DNA of 64,000 nucleotides from a virus (IMGVR_UViG_3300037067_007156:525519-589518), one strand, 5' to 3'; positions 7,911 to 18,685 are shown, counted from the stretch's first letter. Notes: generated by a model from the sequence alone, not told the origin. Numbers and translations: made by a program.

Positions 7911-8297
7911 TTATTTTCCATCAATAAAAAAATATTTATAAGATATTTCAAATGTAATTGTAAAAGCTAATAAATAAATCAAACCATCTAATAGTAAGAA
8001 AGGTGTCCAAGGATTATATAAAACCATAGCCAACATAATTAAAATTAACATTATCATTTTAGAAAAATGCCACAAATCGGTTATCCAAACTAAAAATGTT
8101 GAAGAACCAAAAAATTTCTCACCTTGTTTTATATCACCATTTTTCCATTTATTATCGTTAGCTAATGATGGATTGACCCAATCAAGTATTTTTTGGTTTT
8201 TAAAATTATTAAAAATTGATGTACCATATCTCGTTTTCAATACATCCATGATAGCATTAAAGAAACCAGCTATTGTTAACAATATAAAAGATATCAT
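7911..8297 (-). CDS. membrane protein
   Basis: Hydrophobic helices; KWKNG...FFGSSTFLVWITDLWH. Confidence 0.75.
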   Translation of the reverse strand: MISFILLTIAGFFNAIMDVLKTRYGTSIFNNFKNQKILDWVNPSLANDNKWKNGDIKQGEKFFGSSTFLVWITDLWHFSKMIMLILIMLAMVLYNPWTPFLLLDGLIYLLAFTITFEISYKYFFIDGK

Positions 8298-8531
8298 TTA
8301 TTTAGTTTGATTTTTTTCTCTTCTATTTAATATTGGGTTTATAATCCATGCGTAGGTGAATAATACTATCGTTGTTAATATTAAGTATATTACAAAAGGT
8401 ATCATTATATATTTGATTATAATTAAACCAGTGTAATAATATAATGTGTATAATAATGCGGATAATATAGCCGACCCGAATAATTTAATCATTCCATATT
8501 TTTCGAATACGATGTGGATAAAATTTTTCAT
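8298..8531 (-). CDS. small membrane protein
   Basis: Two hydrophobic segments. Confidence 0.65.
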   Translation of the reverse strand: MKNFIHIVFEKYGMIKLFGSAILSALLYTLYYYTGLIIIKYIMIPFVIYLILTTIVLFTYAWIINPILNRREKNQTK

Positions 8532-8613
8532 GAGGTTTTTATTCTTATATATTTAAATTATATAAGGATTTATTTCAGTTTAATATTTAAATATATAAAA
8601 AGAAAAAGTATAT

Positions 8614-9024
8614 ATGAAAATAAATGCAACTGACACAACTCCTTATTTTGAGTTAAATGAAAAAAAAGGTATAATTGAGATATCTGGTATTTCAAAAGTT
8701 GTAGATGCTATGACGTTTTATAAACCTATTTTGGATGCTATCGGAATTTATATTAAAGAAGAACGTAAAGCTACTGTGATGAAAGTAGATTTAGAGTTTT
8801 TTAATACAGTTACTTCAAAAATTTTATTAGATTTGTTTCGTAAATTAGAAACTTTAAAGAGAATTTATGATATATCATTTGAAGTTGAGTGGTATTATGA
8901 AGAAGATGATGAAGGTATGAAAGAAGCTGGTGAAGATTATCAATCAATTTTAATGATACCGTTCAAGTTTATTTCAAAAGAAATTAAAGAAACGAACATT
9001 GATAAGAAAAAAAAGAAAAAATAA
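8614..9024 (+). CDS. SiaC-family (DUF1987) protein
   Basis: TDTTPYFEL...ISGIS...FYKPI...LEFFNTVTSK...VEWYYEEDDEGMKEAGEDY. Confidence 0.85.
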   Translation: MKINATDTTPYFELNEKKGIIEISGISKVVDAMTFYKPILDAIGIYIKEERKATVMKVDLEFFNTVTSKILLDLFRKLETLKRIYDISFEVEWYYEEDDEGMKEAGEDYQSILMIPFKFISKEIKETNIDKKKKKK

Positions 9025-9095
9025 TTATGAAAACATATTTAAAAATTAAAAAGAATTGGGGGAGCGTGATGATGTAAAAAAATAATTTATAACAT

Positions 9096-9327
9096 ATGTC
9101 ACGTTCATACAGAAAAACCCCCCAGAATGGGTATTGCAGGTGTATCCGAAAAAGAAGATAAAAAAATGTGTCATCGAATGTTTCGTGCAAGAGTAAGAAA
9201 CTTGATGAATCAAGAAAATTATGACAGGTTACCTTTTAGGATGAGAGAAGTTTTAGAAACTTGGTCAATGTCAAAAGATGGTAAGTTTTACTGGAAAGAT
9301 GCTCCAGCTTACGCAATGAGGAAATAA
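9096..9327 (+). pseudogene. small basic protein (MSRSYRKTP...) frameshifted in a C6 run
   Basis: ATG 9096 reads MSRSYRKTP; removing one C at 9118-9123 joins it to RMGIAGVSEKEDKK (ORF 9127..9327). Confidence 0.6.
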
Positions 9328-9363
9328 CAATTTCCTCATTTTTTTTAAACAAAAAATTATTTT

Positions 9364-9813
9364 TTGGATATAAACTATATGTTAATAGATATAGTGATAT
9401 TTGGAAAAACAATATATTTAAGTGAAATTTTAACAAGAAATTCTTTTTCTCGTATTAAAAAACAATTAATAAATAAAGAAATTCTGGGGTGTGTTGATTT
9501 AGATGTAAATCCGATATTTGATTCAGTAAATATATCTAAAATTTCCCACAAAATTGTGATTAAGAAAATTACAAAATATGGTATCATTGGTGAACTTACA
9601 ATATTAAACACTGAGCGTGGTAATATGTTAAAAGAAATGATGGCTTCTTCTGAAGTAATATTTAAACCTATATTAAAAGGTGGATTTAGTATGTGGAAAG
9701 AGTTTTATGTTAAAGATATAATGTATATTCACGCACATCCGGTTAAATACTCTATAAAAGAAATTAGAATTAAAAAATTAAATAATATCTTTGGTGAAAA
9801 TTTATTAAAGTAA
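9364..9813 (+). CDS. degenerate prohead protease (T4 gp21-like) paralog
   Basis: VNISKISHKI...IIGELTILNTERGNMLKEMM resembles the gp21 core; catalytic Ser motif not evident. Confidence 0.5.
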   Translation: MDINYMLIDIVIFGKTIYLSEILTRNSFSRIKKQLINKEILGCVDLDVNPIFDSVNISKISHKIVIKKITKYGIIGELTILNTERGNMLKEMMASSEVIFKPILKGGFSMWKEFYVKDIMYIHAHPVKYSIKEIRIKKLNNIFGENLLK

Positions 9814-10114
9814 AAATTTATTATAAAACTATGTGAGGTCAATTGTGAATTTTTTAGTAGAAACTTAAATAATTGATATTTATGAAAAATAAAAATGATA
9901 TAAAAAAAGAAGTTGTAAAAGAACTAAAACCAATTTATGATGAGCTGTTTGAACCGATTAATTTTCAAACAGAAGGTAGTTTAGAAGATACATATTATTA
10001 TATGTCCCTGCCAAATGTTATGAAAATATTAGAAGAATGTTTTGACAGAACTTATGATAAAACAATATCATAAATTATCAATTAAACAACTATATTTGTT
10101 TCATATTTTTAAAA

Positions 10115-10414
10115 ATGGATATTCTGGCATATTTAAATAAACATTACCCACATTTTAATTTTTCGATTAGTGTGTTAATTACATCATCAATAAAAATATG
10201 CACTAAAGAAACGTGTGATTTAGATGGAAGTTATTTTAAAAATGTACCAAAAAAAATATATTATATTCATTGTCCAGAAAATTATTTATTTTTTCAGGTT
10301 ATAAATAAAACAGTTCCACCTGATATGATGAATTATTACATATCAGAAACAGAACGCATTTTAAAATATGAAATAAGAAAACTAAAAATAAAAAAACTAT
10401 ATAATGAAAGCTGA
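10115..10414 (+). CDS. hypothetical protein
   Basis: TATATTTG promoter box upstream; C-terminal RKLKIKKL. Confidence 0.7.
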   Translation: MDILAYLNKHYPHFNFSISVLITSSIKICTKETCDLDGSYFKNVPKKIYYIHCPENYLFFQVINKTVPPDMMNYYISETERILKYEIRKLKIKKLYNES

Positions 10415-11033
10415 ACTACAAGAAAAATTATTATCTAAATATCCAGAGTTTTTCTCTTATATGGATAAGGATATACCTATTTATACATCGGATGATATTA
10501 TCGATAATGTCAAAAAATTATCAAAACAGAAAAAAATAGTTGTTCCTATACAGTTTGGTGTCGAAACAGGTGATGGGTGGTATTTTATTTTAGATTCTCT
10601 GATGGGGGCAATTAAAAATTATATTGACAATTATAATAAATATAGTCAACCTCAAATAAAAAATGATAATTTAAAAAAATATGTTCAAAAAATAAAATAT
10701 CATAGAAAAAATTTTTTAAGATTATTTGGTAATATTTTATTTAAAATCGCCAAAAAAGAAACGTCACATTTATCTCTTCAAGTTACACAAATAAAGGAAA
10801 AATATGGAAGTTTGTCTTTTTATTACAATGGTGGTGATAATATAATAGACGGTATGGTTTCGTTAGCTGAACATCAATCTTTTATGGTATGCGAATATTG
10901 TGGCACAACTGAAAATATTGGACACACTCAGGGTTGGATATCAACTATATGTAAAACTTGTCACAGTAAAATTGATAATAGAAAAAATTTAAAATGGATA
11001 CCAGTTGGACAGTCGTTATATGAAGAATATTAA
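10404..11033 (+). CDS. conserved phage protein with C-terminal zinc finger
   Basis: GDGWY...QIKEKYGSLSFYY...CEYCG...CKTC. Confidence 0.8.
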   Translation: MKAELQEKLLSKYPEFFSYMDKDIPIYTSDDIIDNVKKLSKQKKIVVPIQFGVETGDGWYFILDSLMGAIKNYIDNYNKYSQPQIKNDNLKKYVQKIKYHRKNFLRLFGNILFKIAKKETSHLSLQVTQIKEKYGSLSFYYNGGDNIIDGMVSLAEHQSFMVCEYCGTTENIGHTQGWISTICKTCHSKIDNRKNLKWIPVGQSLYEEY

Positions 11034-11727
11034 ACTATTTGAATATAAAAACAATTGGATAACATATTATCCATTTATTTGTGGTTTTGGATTCGCTTAC
11101 AATAAAGCTGGTTATTTAGACTCACGACCATATATTTATATTAAGTTAATAGGAGAATTATTTATTCATTTACCTTTTGATTCTAAGATATATAGTAGCT
11201 CATCCCACTTACAATATGGATTATATTATAGTGAAAAATGTCTTTGGATTAGTTTTGGTGAAAAACTTAAATCTATTCAATTATTTTGGTATAAACAATG
11301 GATTAGAACCAGTTATTTGTTAAAAGATAATACATGGTTAACTAAAACAAAAAATAATAGAATTGATGTTTCTGATTTTCGTAAAGATTTATGGAAAGAA
11401 CAAATAAATTATAAATATAAAATAAACAATGGAACTATAATAGATGTTATTGCAACTATTAATATAGAAGAACGGGAGTGGAGGTATAAAATAATCAAAT
11501 GGATAAAATTATTTCCCGATATAATAAGGTGTATCTCTATTGATTTATCTACTGATATAGGAAAAGGCAGAGGTTCGTATAAAGGTGGTATATCAGGATT
11601 TTCTATATCATATAAAAAAGGTGAAACATATGAACAAATATTGGATAGAATGGAAAAAAAACATGACCTATATTCAATTGAAAAAGAAAGAATGAAAAAA
11701 ATAAAAATAATTTATGAATTCATTTAA
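11005..11727 (+). CDS. hypothetical protein (true start probably 11020)
   Basis: EEREWR...GRGSYKGG motifs. Confidence 0.75.
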   Translation: MDSRYMKNIKLFEYKNNWITYYPFICGFGFAYNKAGYLDSRPYIYIKLIGELFIHLPFDSKIYSSSSHLQYGLYYSEKCLWISFGEKLKSIQLFWYKQWIRTSYLLKDNTWLTKTKNNRIDVSDFRKDLWKEQINYKYKINNGTIIDVIATINIEEREWRYKIIKWIKLFPDIIRCISIDLSTDIGKGRGSYKGGISGFSISYKKGETYEQILDRMEKKHDLYSIEKERMKKIKIIYEFI

Positions 11728-11775
11728 AATTTAACAATCTGAATTATTATGATTAAAAAAATTTTAATAGATAAT

Positions 11776-11919
11776 ATGTTTAAGTTATTTGAAGAACAAA
11801 AAAATCGTGATATTGTTATGGTTAAAGTTAGTGATAGATTTATTTGGATGTATGAAAATGACTATAAAAGATATATTAGAAAACTAAAGTTAGAAGAACT
11901 AAATATTTTTGATGAGTAA
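11776..11919 (+). CDS. small protein with RKLKLEEL tag
   Basis: Translated by hand. Confidence 0.55.
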   Translation: MFKLFEEQKNRDIVMVKVSDRFIWMYENDYKRYIRKLKLEELNIFDE

Positions 11920-12067
11920 ATGTAAATATAAAAAAGCTGGATTTTACACAATTGTAAAAGATATCACATATTGTGTTAATATGAATAATAAATGGATTAC
12001 TATATCTGAAACGGAATATAAATTATATGAGAGAAAAATAAAAATGGAAAGATTAGAATTAATATAA
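11912..12067 (+). CDS. small protein with RKIKMERL tag
   Basis: Translated by hand; overlaps the previous stop. Confidence 0.55.
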   Translation: MSKCKYKKAGFYTIVKDITYCVNMNNKWITISETEYKLYERKIKMERLELI

Positions 12068-12336
12068 AATATATAAAAAATGGATAAGTCTGAATTATTA
12101 AGTTTATTACAAAATCAATTTATGATATAAAATTGAATGGTTTTTTGAAGGATATTCCTTATGAAAACATACACTCCATGAGTAAAATTCAAAATATTTG
12201 TTTAAAAAACAAATTTTCAAATTCTACTATCAATGAAATATTTGATTTAAATACAATAATATCAAAGTATGAAAAATATGAAATTTTATTAAATAATAAA
12301 TAAATAATATTTACATTTGTTAGTACAAATGATATA

Positions 12337-12504
12337 ATGAGTAAAAAAGGAAAATATTCACCACATATTTTTGATTGGAACGAAATTAAAATTTCAGACG
12401 ATGAATATATCGTATTACGACATGATAAATATGAAACTGTGAATAAGAAAAAATTGAGAAAACTAAAAATTGAAGATATTTTAAAAGAAGAAAACGATGT
12501 TTGA
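12337..12504 (+). CDS. small protein with RKLKIEDI tag
   Basis: Translated by hand; TACATTTG promoter box upstream. Confidence 0.55.
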   Translation: MSKKGKYSPHIFDWNEIKISDDEYIVLRHDKYETVNKKKLRKLKIEDILKEENDV

Positions 12505-13129
12505 CGAAGAATTAAAAAATAAATATATTTTCGAGGAAAGATGTAAAAATGGACAGGCTTTACTTGAAAAATGGCATCCGAAACTATATAAAAAAATTAT
12601 AGAGAGGATTGAACCTTATAATTTAGCTGTATTAGGTTCTATAAATCCAGATGTTATTAATGCTGATGGTTTAGATACTTTTGAACAAATTGTTAAATTA
12701 ATAAACAGTTACTCATCACAAAAGATTGAGAAAAAACCAACCAAGAAACAACTTCAAGATAAGGGATTATTTCTTGTTAAAAAATGGAATCCTGATACAT
12801 ATGAGGAAATGATTTCTAAATTGTCGGATAAAGAAATAATGTCATTGGCTACGGCTGATAAAAAAATTATTGATTTTTATGGATTGGATAGTGTCGAGAG
12901 TATTCGTATATGTCTTAAACTATCTGAAAAACCAAAAAATTCCAATCAAAAAATAGAATTTTTCGAAGGAACTACAAACGAATTTCTTTATAACACTTTT
13001 ATCTCCTACATGAGAATGAAGCATAATGTTATTATTACTGAAATAAACGCTGATAATTTTAATTATTATTTCTTCGATGATTTGATGGATAAAATGACTG
13101 ATTTGTTTATTAATCATTCTAAAAAATAA
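12497..13129 (+). CDS. hypothetical protein with internal duplication
   Basis: Two related units GxxLxxKWxPxxY...GLD. Confidence 0.75.
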   Translation: MFDEELKNKYIFEERCKNGQALLEKWHPKLYKKIIERIEPYNLAVLGSINPDVINADGLDTFEQIVKLINSYSSQKIEKKPTKKQLQDKGLFLVKKWNPDTYEEMISKLSDKEIMSLATADKKIIDFYGLDSVESIRICLKLSEKPKNSNQKIEFFEGTTNEFLYNTFISYMRMKHNVIITEINADNFNYYFFDDLMDKMTDLFINHSKK

Positions 13130-13445
13130 TAGATATGACAAATAATATTAGTATAGATAAAATTTTTTAAACTATGAATATTCAATTTGGAAGAGGAAAA
13201 ACAGAATACGGAACGGGTGTTCAAATAGATTTAACTGGTGAAGAAGTTGCAATGGCAATCTACACATACTTAATGGCTCATAATGTAATTATTGATGGTG
13301 CTGCAACTATTCGGGTTAATGGCGAAATGATAAAGGATGGTGATATGTATATTGACCCATCTGGTCGTGTAATAGCTGACGGGATTGGGTGGTCAGGACG
13401 TGGATATAAGGAGTAGACTTTTTTATTAATCATTCTAAAAAATAA
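13106..13445 (+). repeat. 24-bp direct repeat flanking ORF 13174..13416
   Basis: TTTATTAATCATTCTAAAAAATAA at 13106 and 13422. Confidence 0.85.
13174..13416 (+). CDS. hypothetical protein
   Basis: 80 aa ORF, Gly-rich. Confidence 0.75.
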   Translation: MNIQFGRGKTEYGTGVQIDLTGEEVAMAIYTYLMAHNVIIDGAATIRVNGEMIKDGDMYIDPSGRVIADGIGWSGRGYKE

Positions 13446-13450
13446 ATTTC

Positions 13451-13705
13451 ATGACAACGATAATCGATTTTATAGGTGAAAAAGCTAAATATGACCAAAT
13501 GGGGCAAATGATATTTGGTGTGGCTAAAGACGGAAATCAACAATTATTAGCAGATTTGAGAGGCTGGGGAGCTATTCAGAATCTTTTTATGGATAAATCT
13601 GGTAAATTAGATTCTAAAAAAGCTGAAACGTTTCAAGATGAATTAGGACAATGGATTGTTGACGCTATTAATGAAAAATTAGAAAGAGAAAAAATAATTA
13701 AATAA
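13451..13705 (+). CDS. hypothetical phage protein
   Basis: DLRGWGAIQ...QDELGQWIVDAINEK. Confidence 0.75.
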   Translation: MTTIIDFIGEKAKYDQMGQMIFGVAKDGNQQLLADLRGWGAIQNLFMDKSGKLDSKKAETFQDELGQWIVDAINEKLEREKIIK

Positions 13706-13713
13706 ATTATATT

Positions 13714-13947
13714 ATGGCAATATCAAGTATTTTATTAAAAAAATTGCATATTTTATCTTTAAAAGATAATTCTGCGAATTATACCATTTCAATTAAATTT
13801 GATTTTGGTATTGAAAAAACTTATAAATTTATTCCAGAAACTTTCAATTCATTAATTGAAGACAAAGAAAAAATGAAAAGTTTTATAGCTCATACGTCGA
13901 AGTATGAAATGGAAAAATATGTTGAAATTACATATGAACTAAATTAA
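13714..13947 (+). CDS. hypothetical protein
   Basis: ORF in a co-directional run. Confidence 0.6.
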   Translation: MAISSILLKKLHILSLKDNSANYTISIKFDFGIEKTYKFIPETFNSLIEDKEKMKSFIAHTSKYEMEKYVEITYELN

Positions 13948-14415
13948 GATATGATAAATAAAGATGAAGTTTCTAAAAAGGAAAGAAAAAGGGGAAGTAA
14001 AAAAGAAACTTTATGTATTATACCCGAAATTCAAGAATTAGGAATATACAATACAATTTGGGAAGCTAAAAATTATAAAGAATAACACTATGCCAAAAGA
14101 TGAATGGGGAAATATAATTTCCGATGCAGAATATGACCACATATATAGAACAAGTGGTGAATGGTTTACATCTAAAGACGAATTCGGTAATATCATCCAA
14201 GTAGATGAACATGGTAATGTGAAATCGGATAATGATTAATTTTTTAAAAGGGTTATATAAAACACCTATCAAGGTTATCAACCAAGATAAAAAATTAAAC
14301 ATTTTACATATAATTCACACTGATAAACATAAGTATGTATTTAACGATTAATGAACCCATATTTTCATAATATATAATTGATACTATTAAATAGTTAAAA
14401 AATAATATATTATAA

Positions 14416-14946
14416 ATGAAAAGTGTAGAAATATTAAAAGACAACGAGTGGTTAACATTGAACCTTTTGAAATATCCAGAGAAAGATATCAACGGTTATG
14501 TTTATTCCCATGAGAAAAGATGTAATGGTAAGATTGTTTCAATTATGCCTTACAAAAAAACAAAAAATGGGATAGAATATATGTTAAGAAAGGAAGTCAC
14601 ACCACCTTGGCATGTTGATAAAGAAATTATATCCAGTATAACTGGTGGTGTTGAAAAAGATGATGTATTAGAAACTGCTCAACACGAAATATTGGAAGAA
14701 GCTGGATATACAGTATCTCAAAAAGATTTAATATCTTTAGGAACATCATTTGGAACAAAAAGTTCGGACACGGTATATTATTATTTTACAGTTGATGTAA
14801 CCGAACTAAAAAGAGAAATAGCAAAGGGTGATGGTTCAGAACTCGAAAGAAAGGCAGAATGTATCTGGTCAAAAAACATAGATAAAGCTGAAGACCCATT
14901 GGTATATGTACTATATTATAGATTAAATAAACATTTAAATATTTAA
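14416..14946 (+). CDS. NUDIX hydrolase
   Basis: GGVEKDDVLETAQHEILEEAGY Nudix box. Confidence 0.85.
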   Translation: MKSVEILKDNEWLTLNLLKYPEKDINGYVYSHEKRCNGKIVSIMPYKKTKNGIEYMLRKEVTPPWHVDKEIISSITGGVEKDDVLETAQHEILEEAGYTVSQKDLISLGTSFGTKSSDTVYYYFTVDVTELKREIAKGDGSELERKAECIWSKNIDKAEDPLVYVLYYRLNKHLNI

Positions 14947-14950
14947 AATA

Positions 14951-15568
14951 ATGGATTTTGTACCCAATTTTAATATCGATGAAGATAAATTTGATATTGT
15001 AGTTTTAGATAAATTTAATATTAGATTTGATATAGAGGGAGGTGATTATTTATCAGCATCATGTAATGCTTATACTGGTAAATATGTTGCATTTGATGTT
15101 TGTTATTGTAACAATAAAAAATCAATTATTCCATTTGAAATTATTAATAATAATTTAAATAAAATTATTGATGTATATTTTGAATATTTTAATGCGGTAT
15201 CTGATGAACCTTTGTTTAAAATTCATTTAACAGATTTTAAATTTATTGGGTATTTAAATTTATTAGGTGCTTTCAATGATGCTAAATTAGATGAATATAC
15301 CATTAGAGATATAACATTTGGTGGAGATGACGATGAAATAATGTTATCAAATTATAATTATTTTAATTATATAAGTGAGGATGATAAGGATACGGTGAAA
15401 GTGTTTTATACATTTTCAGGTTTTTGTTTTGAAAATTGTGATATTAATAAAACTCGGATGGATAAAATTGATATTATAACTGAATCTTCGAAAATTATTA
15501 ATCATTTTATTGGAAAAGAACACATATTAGTTTTTGGTGAAAATTTTGAAATAAAAAAAGTGGAATAA
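14951..15568 (+). CDS. hypothetical protein, paralog of 15572..16069
   Basis: Shared FKIHxxDFxFxGY and VxYTxSGFxF. Confidence 0.7.
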   Translation: MDFVPNFNIDEDKFDIVVLDKFNIRFDIEGGDYLSASCNAYTGKYVAFDVCYCNNKKSIIPFEIINNNLNKIIDVYFEYFNAVSDEPLFKIHLTDFKFIGYLNLLGAFNDAKLDEYTIRDITFGGDDDEIMLSNYNYFNYISEDDKDTVKVFYTFSGFCFENCDINKTRMDKIDIITESSKIINHFIGKEHILVFGENFEIKKVE

Positions 15569-15571
15569 AGT

Positions 15572-16069
15572 ATGCCATTACTACCACATTATAGTAATTT
15601 TGGAAATCTTTTGGTACATTGTGATGTTATTTATAAACAAAGATTTGAAGTTATTTTTAGTATAGATGGTGGTGATATATTATCTTCTTCGTTATCCGAA
15701 ATGACACATAATTATATGTTATTCAACGAAAATTATGATACTAAAAATAATGTTTATCACTCATTTGAAATACTTAATAAGTACATAGGTAAACCTATTG
15801 GTGTTAAAATTAAATTTCTTAATAAAGAAGGTGATGTGATGTTTTATTTTAAAATACACGATTTTTGTTTTACTGGATATTCCAATTTTTTCAATTTGAG
15901 TTATAAAGAAGATGATATCAGGCACACGAAAGTACTTTATACTTGTAGTGGGTTCGAATATTTTAATGAGAATGATATTAAAAAAGTCAGAATGAATAAA
16001 ATATCTGAAATATTTGATGAAAAAAGAAGTCCAGTAAATATAATTAAAATAGATAATTTGTTTGAATAA
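15572..16069 (+). CDS. degenerate tail tube paralog
   Basis: LPHYSN/IYKQRFEV/LNKEGDV align by eye with LPHFTN/IHKSLYEV/HDKEGEV of 49883..50446. Confidence 0.55.
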   Translation: MPLLPHYSNFGNLLVHCDVIYKQRFEVIFSIDGGDILSSSLSEMTHNYMLFNENYDTKNNVYHSFEILNKYIGKPIGVKIKFLNKEGDVMFYFKIHDFCFTGYSNFFNLSYKEDDIRHTKVLYTCSGFEYFNENDIKKVRMNKISEIFDEKRSPVNIIKIDNLFE

Positions 16070-16112
16070 TACAGGATATTTTAATATATAGAATAAATTT
16101 TTTTAAATAATA

Positions 16113-16865
16113 ATGAAAGAATTTGAATTTTTCAATAAACATACTAATACATTTAATCAATTTTTAAATTTAACAATGAAGGAAGGACTGATTAATTCGG
16201 TATCTTATGAAGTTTTCATTGAAAAATTAACAACAATTTTATTAAAATATACAAGTAATGATTATTTTTTCATTGACAATAAAAATGATGAATATGTATA
16301 TCTAAATTTAATTTTAGTAGGATTGAATAAAAAAGAAAAATATAATCTTTTCAAAGAAATACAATCTTTTCTTAATAATTCTGGATATTTCATTTCTCAA
16401 GTTGTTAATGATAATGGTTTTAAAATCGATATGGTTAATTTAGAAATAAATAATGAGTTACATATTTTTTTTAATAAAAGATTTGATATACCAACTAATA
16501 CTCCGAATATCTTATATCATACAACATTAAAAGAATATTATGATAATAAAATAAAAAATATAGGTTTAATACCTAAAACTCAAAAAATGGTGTCCGATGA
16601 TTTAGAAAGATTGTATTTCACTGATAATTTAAATGATGCCGAAAAATTCATAGATTTGAAATATATAACGTTACGTAAAAAGTATAAGAATATTAGTATG
16701 TTTAAAAATATAGATTTGAAAAAGTGGACAATTTTAGCTATTGATGTAAAATCCCTTGGTGATATAAAAATATATAAAGATACAAAAATGGAAAATTCAT
16801 ACTATACATATCAAACAATACCACCATATTCAATAAGAATTGAAAAAGAAATAATTTTACCATGA
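16113..16865 (+). CDS. putative ADP-ribosyltransferase/KptA-like fold protein
   Basis: LYHTT...IKNIGLIPK...RLYFT...TIPP. Confidence 0.5.
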   Translation: MKEFEFFNKHTNTFNQFLNLTMKEGLINSVSYEVFIEKLTTILLKYTSNDYFFIDNKNDEYVYLNLILVGLNKKEKYNLFKEIQSFLNNSGYFISQVVNDNGFKIDMVNLEINNELHIFFNKRFDIPTNTPNILYHTTLKEYYDNKIKNIGLIPKTQKMVSDDLERLYFTDNLNDAEKFIDLKYITLRKKYKNISMFKNIDLKKWTILAIDVKSLGDIKIYKDTKMENSYYTYQTIPPYSIRIEKEIILP

Positions 16866-17203
16866 TAGTTTATTCAGAAAAGTTTGTCAAAATTATAACA
16901 TTTGGTTTCGCCAGAGCTATAACAATCTACCCGTTTGTCTTATTAAGACATAAAGAAGATTTAAAAAATAATATGTTATTAAATCACGAGAGAATACATC
17001 TGACTCAACAAAAAGAGATGTATATTATCGGATTTTATGTTTTATATGTTTATTATTTTTTTAAATTAAGAAAATATATTAATAATAACACGTTGGCTTA
17101 TCGTGCCATTCCTTTTGAAAAAGAAGCTAAAATTAATGAAACGAATTTGGCTTATTTAAAAGACAGGAAAAAATATAATTGGAAAAAATATCGATGTTAT
17201 TAA
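16862..17203 (+). CDS. HExxH zincin-like protein
   Basis: AITIYPF...LNHERIHLTQQKE...YRAIPFEKEA. Confidence 0.75.
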   Translation: MIVYSEKFVKIITFGFARAITIYPFVLLRHKEDLKNNMLLNHERIHLTQQKEMYIIGFYVLYVYYFFKLRKYINNNTLAYRAIPFEKEAKINETNLAYLKDRKKYNWKKYRCY

Positions 17204-17249
17204 ATAAAAAAGTTGTGTAAAACACAACTTTTTTCATTTTAGGTAATAT

Positions 17250-17657
17250 ATGAAATCAAAACATATATTTATAATGAGATTTTTAAAAGATATTTCTAAA
17301 AACATTCAGGTCTATATAGCGTCACCGTACACATCTGGTGATGTAATGTTTAATGTCAAATTTCAAATCGATACTTATGATGAGTTGGTAAAATTAGGAT
17401 TTTTTCCAATCTCACCACTTCATCCTCATTTACAACAAATTGTTCATCCATTATCATACGAAATATGGATGAATATAGATAAAATACATGTATTCAAATC
17501 AGACTGTTTATTGAGATTGGGTGGTAAATCTGACGGTGCAGATAGAGAAGTTCAATGGGCAAAAGAATGGGGTAAACCTATTTTTTATTCTATTGAAGAA
17601 CTTGTTGAATATTATAAAGAATATTTTTCCAAATTAGAAACAATTGAAATTATATAA
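17250..17657 (+). CDS. DUF4406 / nucleoside deoxyribosyltransferase-like protein
   Basis: VYIASPY...LRLGGKSDGADREV. Confidence 0.75.
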   Translation: MKSKHIFIMRFLKDISKNIQVYIASPYTSGDVMFNVKFQIDTYDELVKLGFFPISPLHPHLQQIVHPLSYEIWMNIDKIHVFKSDCLLRLGGKSDGADREVQWAKEWGKPIFYSIEELVEYYKEYFSKLETIEII

Positions 17658-17919
17658 TATGAAAAACTATAATGATTTTAAGAAAGATAAGAATAGTGTA
17701 GATTTATCAAATGAAGAATTGAAAAATATAAATTGGACTAAATTTAAAATCGTTGTTCCAAGAGAAGAAGATAAATTAGAGTTAATGGAAGCATTCAAAC
17801 ACATTCATTATTCTGATATAGATACCGATTTAATAACAGTTAACCAATTAGTTCATGAATATTTGGAGGGGATTAATATAATTGTGGATGAATCTATTTA
17901 TAATAAATTAAATTCGTAA
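17644..17919 (+). CDS. hypothetical protein (likely start 17659, MKNYNDF)
   Basis: ORF with CTS-like N-terminus. Confidence 0.65.
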   Translation: MKLYNMKNYNDFKKDKNSVDLSNEELKNINWTKFKIVVPREEDKLELMEAFKHIHYSDIDTDLITVNQLVHEYLEGINIIVDESIYNKLNS

Positions 17920-17920
17920 T

Positions 17921-18343
17921 ATGTTTGATGATTTTAAATTTCCAAGAGTTGGTGTTGCAGTTATTATTAAAGATAAATCCGGTAGGATTTTAATAGGTAA
18001 AAGAGTTTCAGAACATGGTTATGGTACATGGTCAATACCGGGTGGTCATTTAGAAAAATTCGAAACACCAGAAGAATGTGCTATACGAGAAACTGAAGAA
18101 GAAACTGGTATTATTATTGAATCACTTAAACCAGATATTTTTGTTAATAATTTCTTTAAAGAAACTAACAAACATTATATAACTCTATATTTTATTGCTC
18201 AAAAATGGAGTGGTATTCCAGAATTAAAAGAACCCAATAAAATTGGGGAATGGACATTTTGTGATATTAATGAATTACCTGATAATTTATTTTCACCTTT
18301 TGGTAATTATATAAACATTAAGAGTAATGGCTGCGATAACTAA
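17921..18343 (+). CDS. NUDIX hydrolase (MutT/NUDT15-like)
   Basis: PRVGVAV...[29 protein letters not shown]. Confidence 0.92.
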   Translation: MFDDFKFPRVGVAVIIKDKSGRILIGKRVSEHGYGTWSIPGGHLEKFETPEECAIRETEEETGIIIESLKPDIFVNNFFKETNKHYITLYFIAQKWSGIPELKEPNKIGEWTFCDINELPDNLFSPFGNYINIKSNGCDN

Positions 18344-18397
18344 ATCTTTTTTGTGCGGTAATTATAAATAAATTTGAAAATTTAAATTTAAAATATT

Positions 18398-18673
18398 ATG
18401 AAATTAGGTGAATTTATAGAAAGTTTTGTAGAACCAAACTCAATAGTAAGGTTGGTTTATAAACATAAAGGTGGTCACGAAACCGTATTGAATACTTGGA
18501 ATGATGTTAGCATGGAATGGGAAATATTGAAAAGAAAAGGTCAAAATAGACATTTTATAAATAATAAAGTGATTGGAATATCTTGTATTACAGGTATGGA
18601 ACAACATTCTGATGCAATTAATATTGTAATTGAAAAGTTAGAAAAACAACCCTTTCTTAAAGAAGTTATTTAA
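18398..18673 (+). CDS. hypothetical protein
   Basis: ORF in a co-directional run. Confidence 0.7.
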   Translation: MKLGEFIESFVEPNSIVRLVYKHKGGHETVLNTWNDVSMEWEILKRKGQNRHFINNKVIGISCITGMEQHSDAINIVIEKLEKQPFLKEVI

Positions 18674-18685
18674 TAATAAATAAAT

